The notes: generated from the sequence alone by a model not told the origin. A DNA stretch of 64,000 bases from an uncultured Nitrosopumilales archaeon (GCA_964373125.1 CAYJSN010000005.1:12958-76957), one strand, 5' to 3'; counted from the first letter of the stretch, positions 1 to 8,667 are shown. Numbers and translations are program-made.

Positions 1-186
1 CTTCCCGTCAGGATCGAAGTGATACGGAGCATCCATATGCGTCCCGGTGTGCGTGCTCATGAAGATCAGCTCCGACTCGTACCCCTGCAGGTCGGACCTG
101 GCCCAAGGTATTGTTAATGGTTTAACGCGCTTCTCGAAGGTGTGCATGTCGCTCCGTATCGTCTGCGTAAGATCGATGATCCGCAC
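1..186 (-). CDS. putative cyclase / kynurenine-formamidase family protein, N-terminal part (gene runs off the window start)
   Basis: Absent from the ORF track because it is open at the window edge. Reverse translation from GTG at 186 gives (M)RIIDLTQTIRSDMHTFEKRVKPLTIPWARSDLQGYESELIFMSTHTGTHMDAPYHFDPDGK. This carries the HxGTHxDxPxH motif of the cyclase family. Confidence 0.6.
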   Translation of the reverse strand, partial: MRIIDLTQTIRSDMHTFEKRVKPLTIPWARSDLQGYESELIFMSTHTGTHMDAPYHFDPDGK

Positions 187-264
187 AGCAGAACTCTTGC
201 ACCGCGGGCTTATCAAGTTTAAAGCGTCGAAGAGGTTAAATACCGATTAAAATCTCCTAATGCC

Positions 265-519
265 ATGCCAACCGCCTACGTGCTTGTGAACTGCGACCTC
301 GGCTCCGAGGAGGAGATAATCAAGGAGGTAAAGAAGTTGCCAGATGTCAAGGAGGTGCACGGCGTCTATGGCGTCTACGATATCGTTGCCAAGATATCTT
401 CGGACTCGATGGACCGGCTCAGGGAGACGATAACTTGGAAGATCAGGCGGATAGACAAGGTCAGGTCGACGCTGACCATGATCGTGATCGAGGGCCAGAG
501 CACGCCCAAGTCACTGTAA
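265..519 (+). CDS. stand-alone Lrp/AsnC-type ligand-binding domain protein
   Basis: 84-aa ORF. The pattern VLVNCDLGSEEEIIKEVKKLPDVKEVHGVYGVYDIVAKI matches small AsnC-type (RAM-like) domain proteins. Confidence 0.7.
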   Translation: MPTAYVLVNCDLGSEEEIIKEVKKLPDVKEVHGVYGVYDIVAKISSDSMDRLRETITWKIRRIDKVRSTLTMIVIEGQSTPKSL

Positions 520-1674
520 CTTCCTGATCACCTCAACGGCCTTCTGTATCTCGTGTTCGTGGTTGAAGAAGTGGGGCGACGCCCTCGCGATCCGCTTCTT
601 CGAGATATCCCGCTTGGCGAAGATTATGCTGTGCTCCTCCAGCCTGGCCACGACCATGCCAGGGTCGAGGCTGCCGATATTGAAGGATACTATGCTGGTC
701 CGCTCTTCCTCCTTCTCGGGGCCGTAGAGCGCAGCATTGCCCAGCCTGGAGAGCTCCTCCCTCAGCATCCCGGCTAAGCGCATGTTCCTCGTCCTTATGC
801 CGTCTATGCCCAGCCTAGTTACGTAGCGGATCGAGGCCGACAGGCCTGCTATGCCCGCCCAGTTCCTGAAGCCGGCCTGCATCCTCTGCGGCATCTCCCT
901 GTACGATATCGAACCATCTGGTAGCACGTGCGCCGACTCGCCGCCGCTCTGGAGCGGCTCCAGCTCCTCCGCTGCCTTTTTGCTGCAGTAAAACACGCCG
1001 GTGCCCTGGGGCCCGCAGAGCCACTTCGACCCGGTGAACGCTGCAAAGTCGCAGCCGATCTTCTTCACATCGACCGGCATGCAGCCGACCGTCTGCGCCG
1101 CGTCCAAGAAGAAGAGCACGCCGTTCTTCCTAGCTATCCTGGCGGCGCGCTCGACCGGCAGGATCAGGCCGGTGTTGAAGAGCGCATGGCTCACCGCTAT
1201 TAACTTGGTCTTGGGGTCGATCTTCGCCTCCAGCTCACCCAAGTCGAAGCCGCCGTTTTCGTCGATCGTTAGCTTCTTCAGCTTCGTGCCCCGCTCCCGC
1301 ATCCCCAGCCAGGGCACATAGTTGGCGGGGTGCTCGTGCTCACCGTCCCTGATGATGACGTTCTCGCCCCTCCTCATAGCCAGGCCCCTGGAGACACAGT
1401 TTATGCCCTCGGTCGTGCTCTGGGTGAATACTATCTCATCTTCCCTGCAGTTGATCAGTCTAGCAATATCCTTCCGGGCGTCGGCCACCCTCTCCTCTAT
1501 ACTCTCAAGCATCGCCCGCGAGTCCGGACCCTTCTGGGAGCACTCGACCAGAAAGTCGGTCACGGCCTTGATGCTGTAGATCGGCATCGGGGCATTGGAC
1601 GCATTGTTCATGTAGGCCACGTGCCCCGTTGCGGGAAAATCCTTCCTGACTACCTCCGGGTCAGCGATATCCAT
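511..1674 (-). CDS. class V PLP-dependent aminotransferase (cysteine desulfurase-like)
   Basis: ORF 511..1881 trimmed to the Met at 1674 (MDIADPEVVRKDF...). It has the FTGSKWLCGPQGTGVFY PLP-lysine region and a C-terminal RASPHFFNHEHEI as in the CsdA/SufS-like family. Confidence 0.8.
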   Translation of the reverse strand: MDIADPEVVRKDFPATGHVAYMNNASNAPMPIYSIKAVTDFLVECSQKGPDSRAMLESIEERVADARKDIARLINCREDEIVFTQSTTEGINCVSRGLAMRRGENVIIRDGEHEHPANYVPWLGMRERGTKLKKLTIDENGGFDLGELEAKIDPKTKLIAVSHALFNTGLILPVERAARIARKNGVLFFLDAAQTVGCMPVDVKKIGCDFAAFTGSKWLCGPQGTGVFYCSKKAAEELEPLQSGGESAHVLPDGSISYREMPQRMQAGFRNWAGIAGLSASIRYVTRLGIDGIRTRNMRLAGMLREELSRLGNAALYGPEKEEERTSIVSFNIGSLDPGMVVARLEEHSIIFAKRDISKKRIARASPHFFNHEHEIQKAVEVIRKLQ

Positions 1675-1701
1675 TATTATATCAACGAAGCTACAACCAC
1701 T

Positions 1702-2388
1702 GTGCAATTTAAGAGTAAGGACGAGCTCAGGAAGGCTCTGCTCCACTCTGGCACGCTGGAGATCGAGCCGCCGGCGCTGACGCTGATCCTGGATAGCCCG
1801 GGAATAAACTCCCTGCTCTACAACGACGCGTTCGCGAAGATCTGTTTCACCTGCGGCGTCGTGTCGGAGGCCCTGAAGCACGGCAGGGTCGTCTACCTCG
1901 ACCTAGACACGGTCTTCACCTCCTATGTGAGGAACAAGATCTACCAGCTTGAAGCGGGTTCGGGGATGCTGGACATCTTCGTACCCGGCGCCGCAGAGTT
2001 CGAGTCGGTGCTCCCCGACGTCTGCTCCAAGCTCGATTCAGATGTGCTTGTCGTCGTGGACTCGCTCAACAGCTTCTACCACCTCTACGACGGTATCAGG
2101 ACCGGGCCGCTGAACCGGCTGCTGGCCGCATACATGTCCTTGCTCCTCAGCCAATCTAGAAGAACCGGCTCCAAGCTGCTGGTCACGAGCATGATGCGCC
2201 ACAAGAAGGAGCGCGAGTGGATCCTGGCCCCCTCCAGCAGGAGGCTGCTCGAGTCCAAGAGCAGTGTTGTCCTGAGTGCCGAGATTGTAGCGGGAAACCT
2301 CCTGATAGGCATCGTCAAGCACAGGCCTTTCAGGCTCGACTCGAGGAACCTGATAATACCGGGGAGCGAGCTGCCTATCCGAGCTTGA
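1702..2388 (+). CDS. hypothetical RecA-superfamily/KaiC-like fold protein with degenerate Walker A
   Basis: This is the 3' part of ORF 1330..2388; the 5' part is antisense to the aminotransferase. An in-frame GTG lies at 1702. VLVVVDSLNSF resembles a RecA/KaiC Walker B strand. The P-loop position reads SPGINS rather than GxxGxGKT. Confidence 0.4.
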   Translation: MQFKSKDELRKALLHSGTLEIEPPALTLILDSPGINSLLYNDAFAKICFTCGVVSEALKHGRVVYLDLDTVFTSYVRNKIYQLEAGSGMLDIFVPGAAEFESVLPDVCSKLDSDVLVVVDSLNSFYHLYDGIRTGPLNRLLAAYMSLLLSQSRRTGSKLLVTSMMRHKKEREWILAPSSRRLLESKSSVVLSAEIVAGNLLIGIVKHRPFRLDSRNLIIPGSELPIRA

Positions 2389-2707
2389 AGCCCAGCAGCA
2401 GGTACATCGCTAGGAGCGATATCGCGATCACCGAGAAGCCAGTTATGAAGTATGTCTTCTGTTGCCTCTCCATCTGGGGCTTTGCCGACCTGTGCACGAA
2501 GTAAACGCCCCCGAGTCCGAGGAAGAAGACCAGCATGGTGATGACGGACTCGGAGATTGTCTGCACATCTCTCTGGGGTATCAGCAGCACCTGGGTGGGA
2601 GCCGTGCCGCTCTCTATGATCGCGCGTATTATGCCCGACGCATAGCTCAGCATGAAGATCAGGTAGGCGATGCTAGTTATCGAGACCACCCTGCTTACGG
2701 TGACCAT
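2375..2707 (-). CDS. small integral membrane protein (3 predicted TM helices)
   Basis: 110-aa ORF with hydrophobic segments VVSITSIAYLIFMLSYA, ITMLVFFLGLGGVYFV and ITGFSVIAISLLAMYLLLGF. Confidence 0.5.
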   Translation of the reverse strand: MVTVSRVVSITSIAYLIFMLSYASGIIRAIIESGTAPTQVLLIPQRDVQTISESVITMLVFFLGLGGVYFVHRSAKPQMERQQKTYFITGFSVIAISLLAMYLLLGFKLG

Positions 2708-2748
2708 AAGGCGCTAATTTTTAATGTGGCACACTAAATAAGCTTTAC

Positions 2749-3006
2749 ATGAAGTGCAGGGCCTGCAGCAGGGAAACGGATAAAGCTCTGCGCTCCAGTT
2801 CTGAGGACGGACAAGAATTCTGCGCCTACCATGCAAAGGCATACGAAAAGCTGAAGCAGGGCTACGACGAGTGGAGCAGGGCCTACGGAGCCATTTCGTG
2901 GGAAGACTACCTCAGGAGGCTGCTCGAGCGGAAGGAGCCGGGCTCTTGGGTGAAGGAACTGGCGGCACTTGAGCTCGGAACCGAAAGTAAGGACGACCGG
3001 TGCTAG
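2749..3006 (+). CDS. hypothetical small protein (N-terminal Cys pairs)
   Basis: 85-aa ORF in its own intergenic slot with host-like codon usage. CRAC...CAYH could be a zinc knuckle. Confidence 0.4.
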   Translation: MKCRACSRETDKALRSSSEDGQEFCAYHAKAYEKLKQGYDEWSRAYGAISWEDYLRRLLERKEPGSWVKELAALELGTESKDDRC

Positions 3007-3043
3007 CAGATATTTTAAATTGAGGATTCTGCAGAGGTGAGAC

Positions 3044-4369
3044 ATGAGCGACAACGCCCACAAGTCCTACGACGAGGTCTTCAGGCTTCTGAAGGAGCAC
3101 CACGCGTGGTTCAAGCGCTCCATCCCGCTTATAGCGAGTGAGAACGTTCCCAGCCCGGCCGTGAGGGAGGCCATTGTATCTGATTTTGCGAACAGGTACG
3201 CCGAGGGCTGGCCCGGCGAGCGCGTCTACGCGGGGTGCACCTACATCGACCAGGTCGAGCTGATCTGCATCGACCTCGCAAAGAAGGTCTTCGGCGCCGA
3301 GTTCGCCGATGTCAGGCCGACCTCCGGTGTTGTTGCAAACCTTTCTGTTTACGCGGCGTTTGCGCAGCCCAACGACACGATGCTTGCCCTTGCGATCCCG
3401 AGCGGCGGGCACATATCGCACGGCAAGAAGGAGAACAGCGGGACGGCCGGGCTCGTCAGGGGACTGAACATAGAGACCTTCGCCTTCAACAAGGACGAGA
3501 TGAACATCGAGGTCGACGAGACCAAGAAGAAGGTCGAGGCCTTGAAGCGGGAGGGCAAGAAGCCTGTCATCGCGATGTTCGGCGGCAGCCTCTTCCTCTT
3601 CCCCCACCCGGTGAAGGAGCTTGCCAGTTATTTGCACGAGAATGGTATCTTCGTATGCTACGACGCTGCCCACGTTGCCGGGCTAATCGCTGGTAAGCAG
3701 TTCCAAGACCCGCTCGGGGAGGGTGCCGATGCTATGACGATGAGCACCCACAAGACGCTCTTCGGCCCGCAGGGCGGTATGATCCTTGCCTTCGAGAGGC
3801 ATGCCGAGCCGATAAAGAAGGCCGTCTTTCCGGGGAACACCAGCAGCCACCATCTTCATAATGTGGCAGGCAAGGCGGTCGCGCTGGCCGAGATGCTGGA
3901 GTTCGGGCAGGAATATGCCCTGCAGGTGATAAGGAACGCAAGGGCCTTGGCGGAGGCGCTCCACGGTGCCGGCTTCGACATCCTCGGGGCGAAGAACGGT
4001 TTCACAAAATCGCACCAGATAGCCGTCGATGTGAGCAGGTACGGCAACGGGGGCACTGTTGAGCGTGACCTCGAGAAGGCTGGCGTTATCTGCAACCGGC
4101 AGCTCCTGCCCGGCGACATCAAGGCGGGCAGGCACTACATGCACCCGGGCGGCATCAGGCTGGGGACATCGGAGGTTACTAGGCTTGGGATGAGGGAGAA
4201 CGAGATGAGGGAGATCGGGCTCTTCATCAAGCGGGTCGTGATTGACAGAGAGGACTCACATAAGGTCAGCAACGACGTGGCCGACTTTAGGAGCGGGTTC
4301 CAGAAGGTGCACTATGCCTTTGACGACAGCTTGGGGGCCCACGACTACGTCCAGCTGCTCAAAAAGTAG
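3044..4369 (+). CDS. glyA: serine hydroxymethyltransferase
   Basis: 441 aa. N-terminal LIASENVPSPAVREA and the PLP-lysine motif STHKTLFGPQGG. Confidence 0.95.
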   Translation: MSDNAHKSYDEVFRLLKEHHAWFKRSIPLIASENVPSPAVREAIVSDFANRYAEGWPGERVYAGCTYIDQVELICIDLAKKVFGAEFADVRPTSGVVANLSVYAAFAQPNDTMLALAIPSGGHISHGKKENSGTAGLVRGLNIETFAFNKDEMNIEVDETKKKVEALKREGKKPVIAMFGGSLFLFPHPVKELASYLHENGIFVCYDAAHVAGLIAGKQFQDPLGEGADAMTMSTHKTLFGPQGGMILAFERHAEPIKKAVFPGNTSSHHLHNVAGKAVALAEMLEFGQEYALQVIRNARALAEALHGAGFDILGAKNGFTKSHQIAVDVSRYGNGGTVERDLEKAGVICNRQLLPGDIKAGRHYMHPGGIRLGTSEVTRLGMRENEMREIGLFIKRVVIDREDSHKVSNDVADFRSGFQKVHYAFDDSLGAHDYVQLLKK

Positions 4370-4377
4370 AACGCCGG

Positions 4378-4560
4378 TTACTCGGCGTAGTGCTCGAGCT
4401 TGACTTCCTGCTTCAGGTAGCGCTTGATGCCGTCCTTGTACTTGTCGAGGCAGACGATCATCAGGTTGAGCAGACATTCATCACATATCGGCTTGTTGCG
4501 ATAGGATACGCCCTTGCCATTCTCAAACTTGAACGGCAGGCCGCAGATCGAGCAGCGCAT
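4378..4560 (-). CDS. hypothetical zinc-ribbon-like small protein
   Basis: 60-aa ORF, MRCSICG...CDEC (CxxC...CxxC). Confidence 0.4.
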   Translation of the reverse strand: MRCSICGLPFKFENGKGVSYRNKPICDECLLNLMIVCLDKYKDGIKRYLKQEVKLEHYAE

Positions 4561-4699
4561 TCTACGCTCTCACGGTCATGGTGGTTAATAAGATTTAGGA
4601 ATCTCACGGAGCTGCCGGTGATTTGTAGTTTACCGCGCAATTTGTAAGATTCCTGATCACCGTTTACACCCAAGGCTGCAACCGTCGGCACAAACGTTT

Positions 4700-5470
4700 T
4701 CAGGATCTGGTTTTTGGCCGGCGCCTTGCCGACCTTATGCTCTTAACTATCGTCCTCAGCAGCCGGTCGGAGCCCTTCTCGAAGGCTGTGCCCACAACTA
4801 TAATATCGGCGCCGGCGCTGGCGATCGCCTTTGCCGACCTGGCGTCCCTTATGCCGCCGCCGACTATCAGCAGCCCGCCGAAGTTCTGCCTCACGGCCGA
4901 GACCATCCCGGGCCCCACACTCCTCGGGGCGCCGGAACCCGCCTCAAGATAGAGCGCCCGCATCCCCATATACTGGGCCGCAAGGGCGTGCATTACCGCG
5001 AGGCCCGGCTTCTCGAAGGGGATCCCCCTCGCCCTCCCGATGAACCAGGCGGTGGTTCCCTCCCCGATTATCAGGTAGCCCATCGGAATTGCTTCTATGC
5101 CATGCTTCTTCACTGCCAGTGCCCCCAGGGCCTGGGCCTGCGTTATGAAGTATGGGTCCTCGGAGTTGAGGAGCGAGCTGAAGAGCAGGGCGTCGGCGTT
5201 TGGCGATATACCGGTAACATTTCCCGGGAATAGTATGACCGGGATCTTCACCGCGGTCTTGATGGCGGATACGGCTTTGTCGAGCTCGATCTGGTCGATG
5301 GCCGACGAGCCGCCGACTAGTATGGCATCGGCGCCGGCGTCCTCCGCGCTCCTGGCCTTTCCCGCGGCTGCCTTGCCCGAGAGTGACTCGGAGTCGATGA
5401 GTGCGAAGCAGAGCGGCCTCTGCCTTGCCTGGCTGGCTATCTTCCTCTCGACCGGGCCCATTGCAACCAC
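4700..5470 (-). CDS. geranylgeranylglyceryl phosphate synthase (PcrB/GGGPS family)
   Basis: 256 aa. ILVGGS...FPG...LLIVGGGIRDARSAKAIASAGADIIVVGTAFE matches the GGGPS TIM-barrel phosphate-binding motifs. A start at 5461 is also possible. Confidence 0.85.
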   Translation of the reverse strand: MVAMGPVERKIASQARQRPLCFALIDSESLSGKAAAGKARSAEDAGADAILVGGSSAIDQIELDKAVSAIKTAVKIPVILFPGNVTGISPNADALLFSSLLNSEDPYFITQAQALGALAVKKHGIEAIPMGYLIIGEGTTAWFIGRARGIPFEKPGLAVMHALAAQYMGMRALYLEAGSGAPRSVGPGMVSAVRQNFGGLLIVGGGIRDARSAKAIASAGADIIVVGTAFEKGSDRLLRTIVKSIRSARRRPKTRS

Positions 5471-5531
5471 TTGATTGGTGCGCGTTATTATCTTTATTAC
5501 AGGCCGGAGCTATACAGATTTGGTAGACAAA

Positions 5532-5891
5532 ATGGGTGCCCCCAGTGTACAAAATAATGATATTCTTAGGTTCTTGCTTGAAAGATCTTTATTCACTCCC
5601 AGACAATTTGAAATGATTTCCAAAAGGCTGGCGGGGGAGCGTTCCCCGCAGGGAAGAAGCCGGGGAGCCTACTACAGGCTCCTTAAGCAGAGCAGGGATA
5701 AGATGGAAGCAATACTGTACAGCGTCCTGCTGCTGGAGGGCATCGGGTTCATCGACGAACCAAAGCGGGAGGCGCTCCAGCGCCTATCCAGGCAGGTGCT
5801 TGTGATGCGATCCGGTGACATTGATGAAGGCACGGCCCGTGATGTGACGCGCATACTGGACGAAGTGATGCGGAGAATCAGCCGGATCTGA
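5532..5891 (+). CDS. hypothetical protein (possible HTH regulator)
   Basis: ORF 5475..5891 trimmed to the ATG at 5532 (MGAPSVQNNDILRFLLERSLFTPRQFEMISKRL...). Confidence 0.4.
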   Translation: MGAPSVQNNDILRFLLERSLFTPRQFEMISKRLAGERSPQGRSRGAYYRLLKQSRDKMEAILYSVLLLEGIGFIDEPKREALQRLSRQVLVMRSGDIDEGTARDVTRILDEVMRRISRI

Positions 5892-6009
5892 GGCCGGGCG
5901 AGGCTACACTCGCACATTCGGCAGCGTGGAAGCAGGAAGAGCAAGTTATCAAAGATGTTTAGCCAACCCGGTGATATATCACAGCTCTGATGTGACCACG
6001 GATGCTGTG

Positions 6010-6525
6010 ATGCTGGACCTCGAGACGGTTCTGCTCGCGACCATGGCCTACACGGCCGGCCTGTTGGCCTTCACCCTATTGAGCAGGGCCAAGAAGCCCG
6101 ACGGGAGAGGCGCGACCGGCGAGCAGGCCAAGCGGCTGCAGGAGTATGAGGGCATGCTGGTGGATATGATGATACGCCTCGACACGCTCGAGATGCGGGG
6201 ACAGCCACAGGCAGGAACGATGTCACAACCGCCCGCAACATCACAGCCAGCCCGTGATGTCGGTCACAGCCACCCCGCAGGCCAGGCGATCCCGCCCGAT
6301 GCGAACAGCATGATAGAATACGTCCTGAAGCTCTTGCTGGACGGCCCCAAGACATCGAGGCAGATCGAGGCCGTGATCGGCAGATCCAGGGAGCACACTG
6401 CAAGGCTGATGAAGAAGCTCTTCGGGATGGGCTATGTCGCCAGAGATACGGTCACCAAGCCGTATGCTTACTCGATTACGGAAACAGGGAGATCGGCGGT
6501 CCAAGGTATAAAGGTCAGTGCCTGA
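6010..6525 (+). CDS. membrane-anchored winged-helix (MarR/ArsR-like) protein
   Basis: ORF trimmed to the ATG at 6010. It has an N-terminal TM helix (LLATMAYTAGLLAFTLL), a Pro/Gln-rich linker and a C-terminal wHTH-like segment (IEYVLKLLLDGPKTSRQIEAVIGRSREHTARLMKKLFGMGYVARD). Confidence 0.5.
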   Translation: MLDLETVLLATMAYTAGLLAFTLLSRAKKPDGRGATGEQAKRLQEYEGMLVDMMIRLDTLEMRGQPQAGTMSQPPATSQPARDVGHSHPAGQAIPPDANSMIEYVLKLLLDGPKTSRQIEAVIGRSREHTARLMKKLFGMGYVARDTVTKPYAYSITETGRSAVQGIKVSA

Positions 6526-6892
6526 GCGGGATCTTTCTGTAGAGCCACTCCCTGTTGCCCTTATTCCTTTCGAGCGCGCCGCGCCCGGCGAACCTTGCCA
6601 AGTAGGTGGAGACCACGCTCAGCTTTATCGGCTCGGCGTAGCTGTCCTCGTAGGCCTCCAGAAGCTCTGATGAGGTGAACTCGCCCAGCTGGAAGCTGTT
6701 CTCGACCAAGTTCCAGATCCTGGAGCCCACCGAGTCGGGCACCTCCCTGTCACCGACCTTCTCCATGTCCAGCAACTGCATGAGGTCGAAGAGCTTGTTG
6801 ACTTTATCTCTAGTGACACGACCCTCTAGGGAGATCGAGTATTTTCCGCCCTCGCCATCGTCCATCTGTATCCTAATCTTCCTACGGCCCAA
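6515..6892 (-). CDS. hypothetical protein with C-terminal wHTH-like region, adjacent to the origin
   Basis: 125-aa ORF. FTSSELLEAYEDSYAEPIKLSVVSTYLARFAGRGALER looks like a winged helix. Confidence 0.45.
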   Translation of the reverse strand: MGRRKIRIQMDDGEGGKYSISLEGRVTRDKVNKLFDLMQLLDMEKVGDREVPDSVGSRIWNLVENSFQLGEFTSSELLEAYEDSYAEPIKLSVVSTYLARFAGRGALERNKGNREWLYRKIPLRH

Positions 6893-7010
6893 CTTGGAAC
6901 ACGATCACCGGTGGGTTAACAAATAAACTTATGCTGGTAATTTTGTTAACCTGTTAACCAGCTCTCGTTAACACGCGTGAAATTGGGGGTTGGGGGTTAA
7001 CATCTTAACA

Positions 7011-7040
7011 TCCAGTGGAAGTAGTGGTGTGGCTTTCCGG
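7011..7040 (+). repeat. ORB (origin recognition box) repeat 1
   Basis: tccagtggaagtagtggtgtggctttccgg. Confidence 0.8.
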
Positions 7041-7049
7041 CTGAAACGG

Positions 7050-7080
7050 TTCCAGTGGAAATTGTGGTGTCCGTTTCCGG
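7050..7080 (+). repeat. ORB repeat 2
   Basis: ttccagtggaaattgtggtgtccgtttccgg, in the same orientation as repeat 1. Confidence 0.8.
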
Positions 7081-7112
7081 GCTGGTTAACAGCCTTAACA
7101 GCCAATTAACAC

Positions 7113-7140
7113 TCCAGTGGAAGGAACGGTGTGGTTTTCT
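7113..7140 (+). repeat. ORB repeat 3
   Basis: tccagtggaaggaacggtgtggttttct, in the same orientation. Confidence 0.75.
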
Positions 7141-7404
7141 TGCTATTTCGGGTCCGTCTTAACATCATGTTAACAACACGTGGAATCCTAAATGACACTG
7201 ACAGGGAGACAGACACCATCTGATCATCTGGAATGGATAAAGAGCAATGATAACAATGGATGAATGAATATAATTTGTTTTGACACCGATGATCTGATAA
7301 ATTGATTTGGCCCGTTAAAACTAACTAGAGTAACATTAAACTATTCTAGATGATGATCAATCTTATTAGCTTCGATAAGAAACTATGGTGTGCGGGTGTC
7401 ATGA

Positions 7405-8595
7405 TTGAGCTCGGACAGGATAATAGACGAAGTTTTCAACAAGGCCGCTGCCGGCAAGCCGCTCATTAAGAACAGGAGCGTCCTGAGGGCCGACTACGTT
7501 CCCGATAGATTGCTCTTCAGGGATCAAGAGATCAAGGCCTTGGCAGAGGCGCTTACTCCATTATTGAAGGGTGCTAGGGCCTCGAACCTCTTCCTGTACG
7601 GGCAGACCGGCACCGGTAAGACCGTTGTTGCGAAACACGTGCTGAAGCGGCTCCAAGAGAGGGGCACCGGCTCCAAGACGAAGATCGCGCTGGCCTACTC
7701 GAACACCAAGACGGCCGAAAGAGAATATACCGTGCTGGTGGAGCTCGGGGGCGCGATCGGGCTCAGGTTTCCCTTCACCGGCCTAGCTTCGAGCGAGGTC
7801 TTCTCCAGGATAGTGGCCCACATCGAGGCGCAGGCCATAAACACGGTCTTCGTGCTGGACGAGATCGACTTTCTGGTGAAGAAGCATGGGGACGAGACAC
7901 TCTACCAGATGACTAGGGCAAATGAGAGGCTGAAGAAGGGGTCGCTCGGCCTCATCGGGATATCAAACGACCTCAACTTCAAGGACCTCTTGGACCCGAG
8001 GGTGCTGAGCAGCCTGAGCGAGGAGGAGATAGTCTTCCATCCCTACACGGTGCAGGAGCTCAGGGAGATCCTCAGGGAGAGGCTGCGCGAGGGCTTCCAC
8101 AAGGGGTGCGTGAGCGACGCGGTGGTAAACCTCTGCGCGGCCGTCGCTGGACAAGAGCACGGCGATGCCAGGCGGGCCGTTGACCTGCTGCGGGTCGCGG
8201 GCGAGGTTGCGGAACGCGAGGGCGCAAATATTGTGGGGGAGAAGCACGTGCGGGTGGCCGAAAAGAAGATCGAGCAGGACAAGGTGAGCGAGACCCTCCG
8301 CAGCCTGCCGGTTCATCAAAAACTCGTCATACTCGGCGTGATGGGCTCGCAGAAGGGTTCGAGTGGCGACGTCTTCGAGAGCTACCTTGCCCTAAGCAGG
8401 AAGCTCGGGCTCGAGCCGGTGACCCAGCGCAGGATCGGGATGATAATAAACGAGCTCAACATGCAGGGGCTCGTCTCTGCGCCGGTGGTGAGCCAGGGCC
8501 GGTACGGCAGGACGAAGAAGACCACACTCGCGGTGCAGCCGTCGATCGTCAAGCAGGTCTTCGGGGTCGACCCTGTTATCGCGCCGCTGCTCTGA
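7405..8595 (+). CDS. cdc6: Orc1/Cdc6 replication initiator
   Basis: 396 aa. Walker A GQTGTGKT, Walker B VFVLDEIDF, and a C-terminal winged helix. TTG start as in the ORF track. Confidence 0.95.
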   Translation: MSSDRIIDEVFNKAAAGKPLIKNRSVLRADYVPDRLLFRDQEIKALAEALTPLLKGARASNLFLYGQTGTGKTVVAKHVLKRLQERGTGSKTKIALAYSNTKTAEREYTVLVELGGAIGLRFPFTGLASSEVFSRIVAHIEAQAINTVFVLDEIDFLVKKHGDETLYQMTRANERLKKGSLGLIGISNDLNFKDLLDPRVLSSLSEEEIVFHPYTVQELREILRERLREGFHKGCVSDAVVNLCAAVAGQEHGDARRAVDLLRVAGEVAEREGANIVGEKHVRVAEKKIEQDKVSETLRSLPVHQKLVILGVMGSQKGSSGDVFESYLALSRKLGLEPVTQRRIGMIINELNMQGLVSAPVVSQGRYGRTKKTTLAVQPSIVKQVFGVDPVIAPLL

Positions 8596-8667
8596 GGGCA
8601 GGAACAAAGGCAGAAATACGCTTTGCGCGCTGATCCATCCGTGGACACTCTGCGGTACATATGGTCG

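Larger units (their letters stand above)
6915..7174. repeat. array of about 11 (G/C/A)TTAAC(A) motifs
   Basis: GTTAAC at 6915, 6945, 6953, 6967, 6996, 7085 and 7169. CTTAAC at 7004, 7094 and 7158. ATTAAC at 7105. Most are followed by A. Confidence 0.7.
6893..7404. other. predicted chromosomal replication origin (oriC)
   Basis: 512-bp non-coding gap directly upstream of orc1/cdc6. It holds three direct ORB-type repeats with core TCCAGTGGAA, a TTAAC(A) array, and a clearly AT-rich stretch at about 7190-7400. Confidence 0.8.

Noticed and set aside
47-250. 67-aa plus-strand ORF at the window start
   Set aside because: It lies antisense to a much better supported cyclase-family gene (HxGTHxDxPxH motif) on the minus strand, and its product has no recognisable features.
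1675-1881. N-terminal 69-codon extension of the class V aminotransferase ORF (511..1881)
   Set aside because: The extension is Arg/Gln-rich and low-complexity, overlaps the neighbouring plus-strand gene, and family-like sequence begins at the Met at 1674. Similar over-long ORF-track starts were trimmed at 19012 (arsA), 35496 (rtcA), 25297 (purC-like), 18059 (membrane protein), 57362 (hsp20), 52932 (yjbQ) and 53897 (nicO-like).
4561-4699. Possible C/D-box sRNA or structured RNA (CCGGTGA...CTGATCACCG inverted repeat, GGAATC/GATTCC repeat)
   Set aside because: The C-box candidate (GTGATTT, or GTGATCA on the other strand) lacks the GA needed for a K-turn, and there are no D'/C' boxes at 12-nt spacing. 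It is kept only as an unexplained 139-bp spacer with short inverted repeats.
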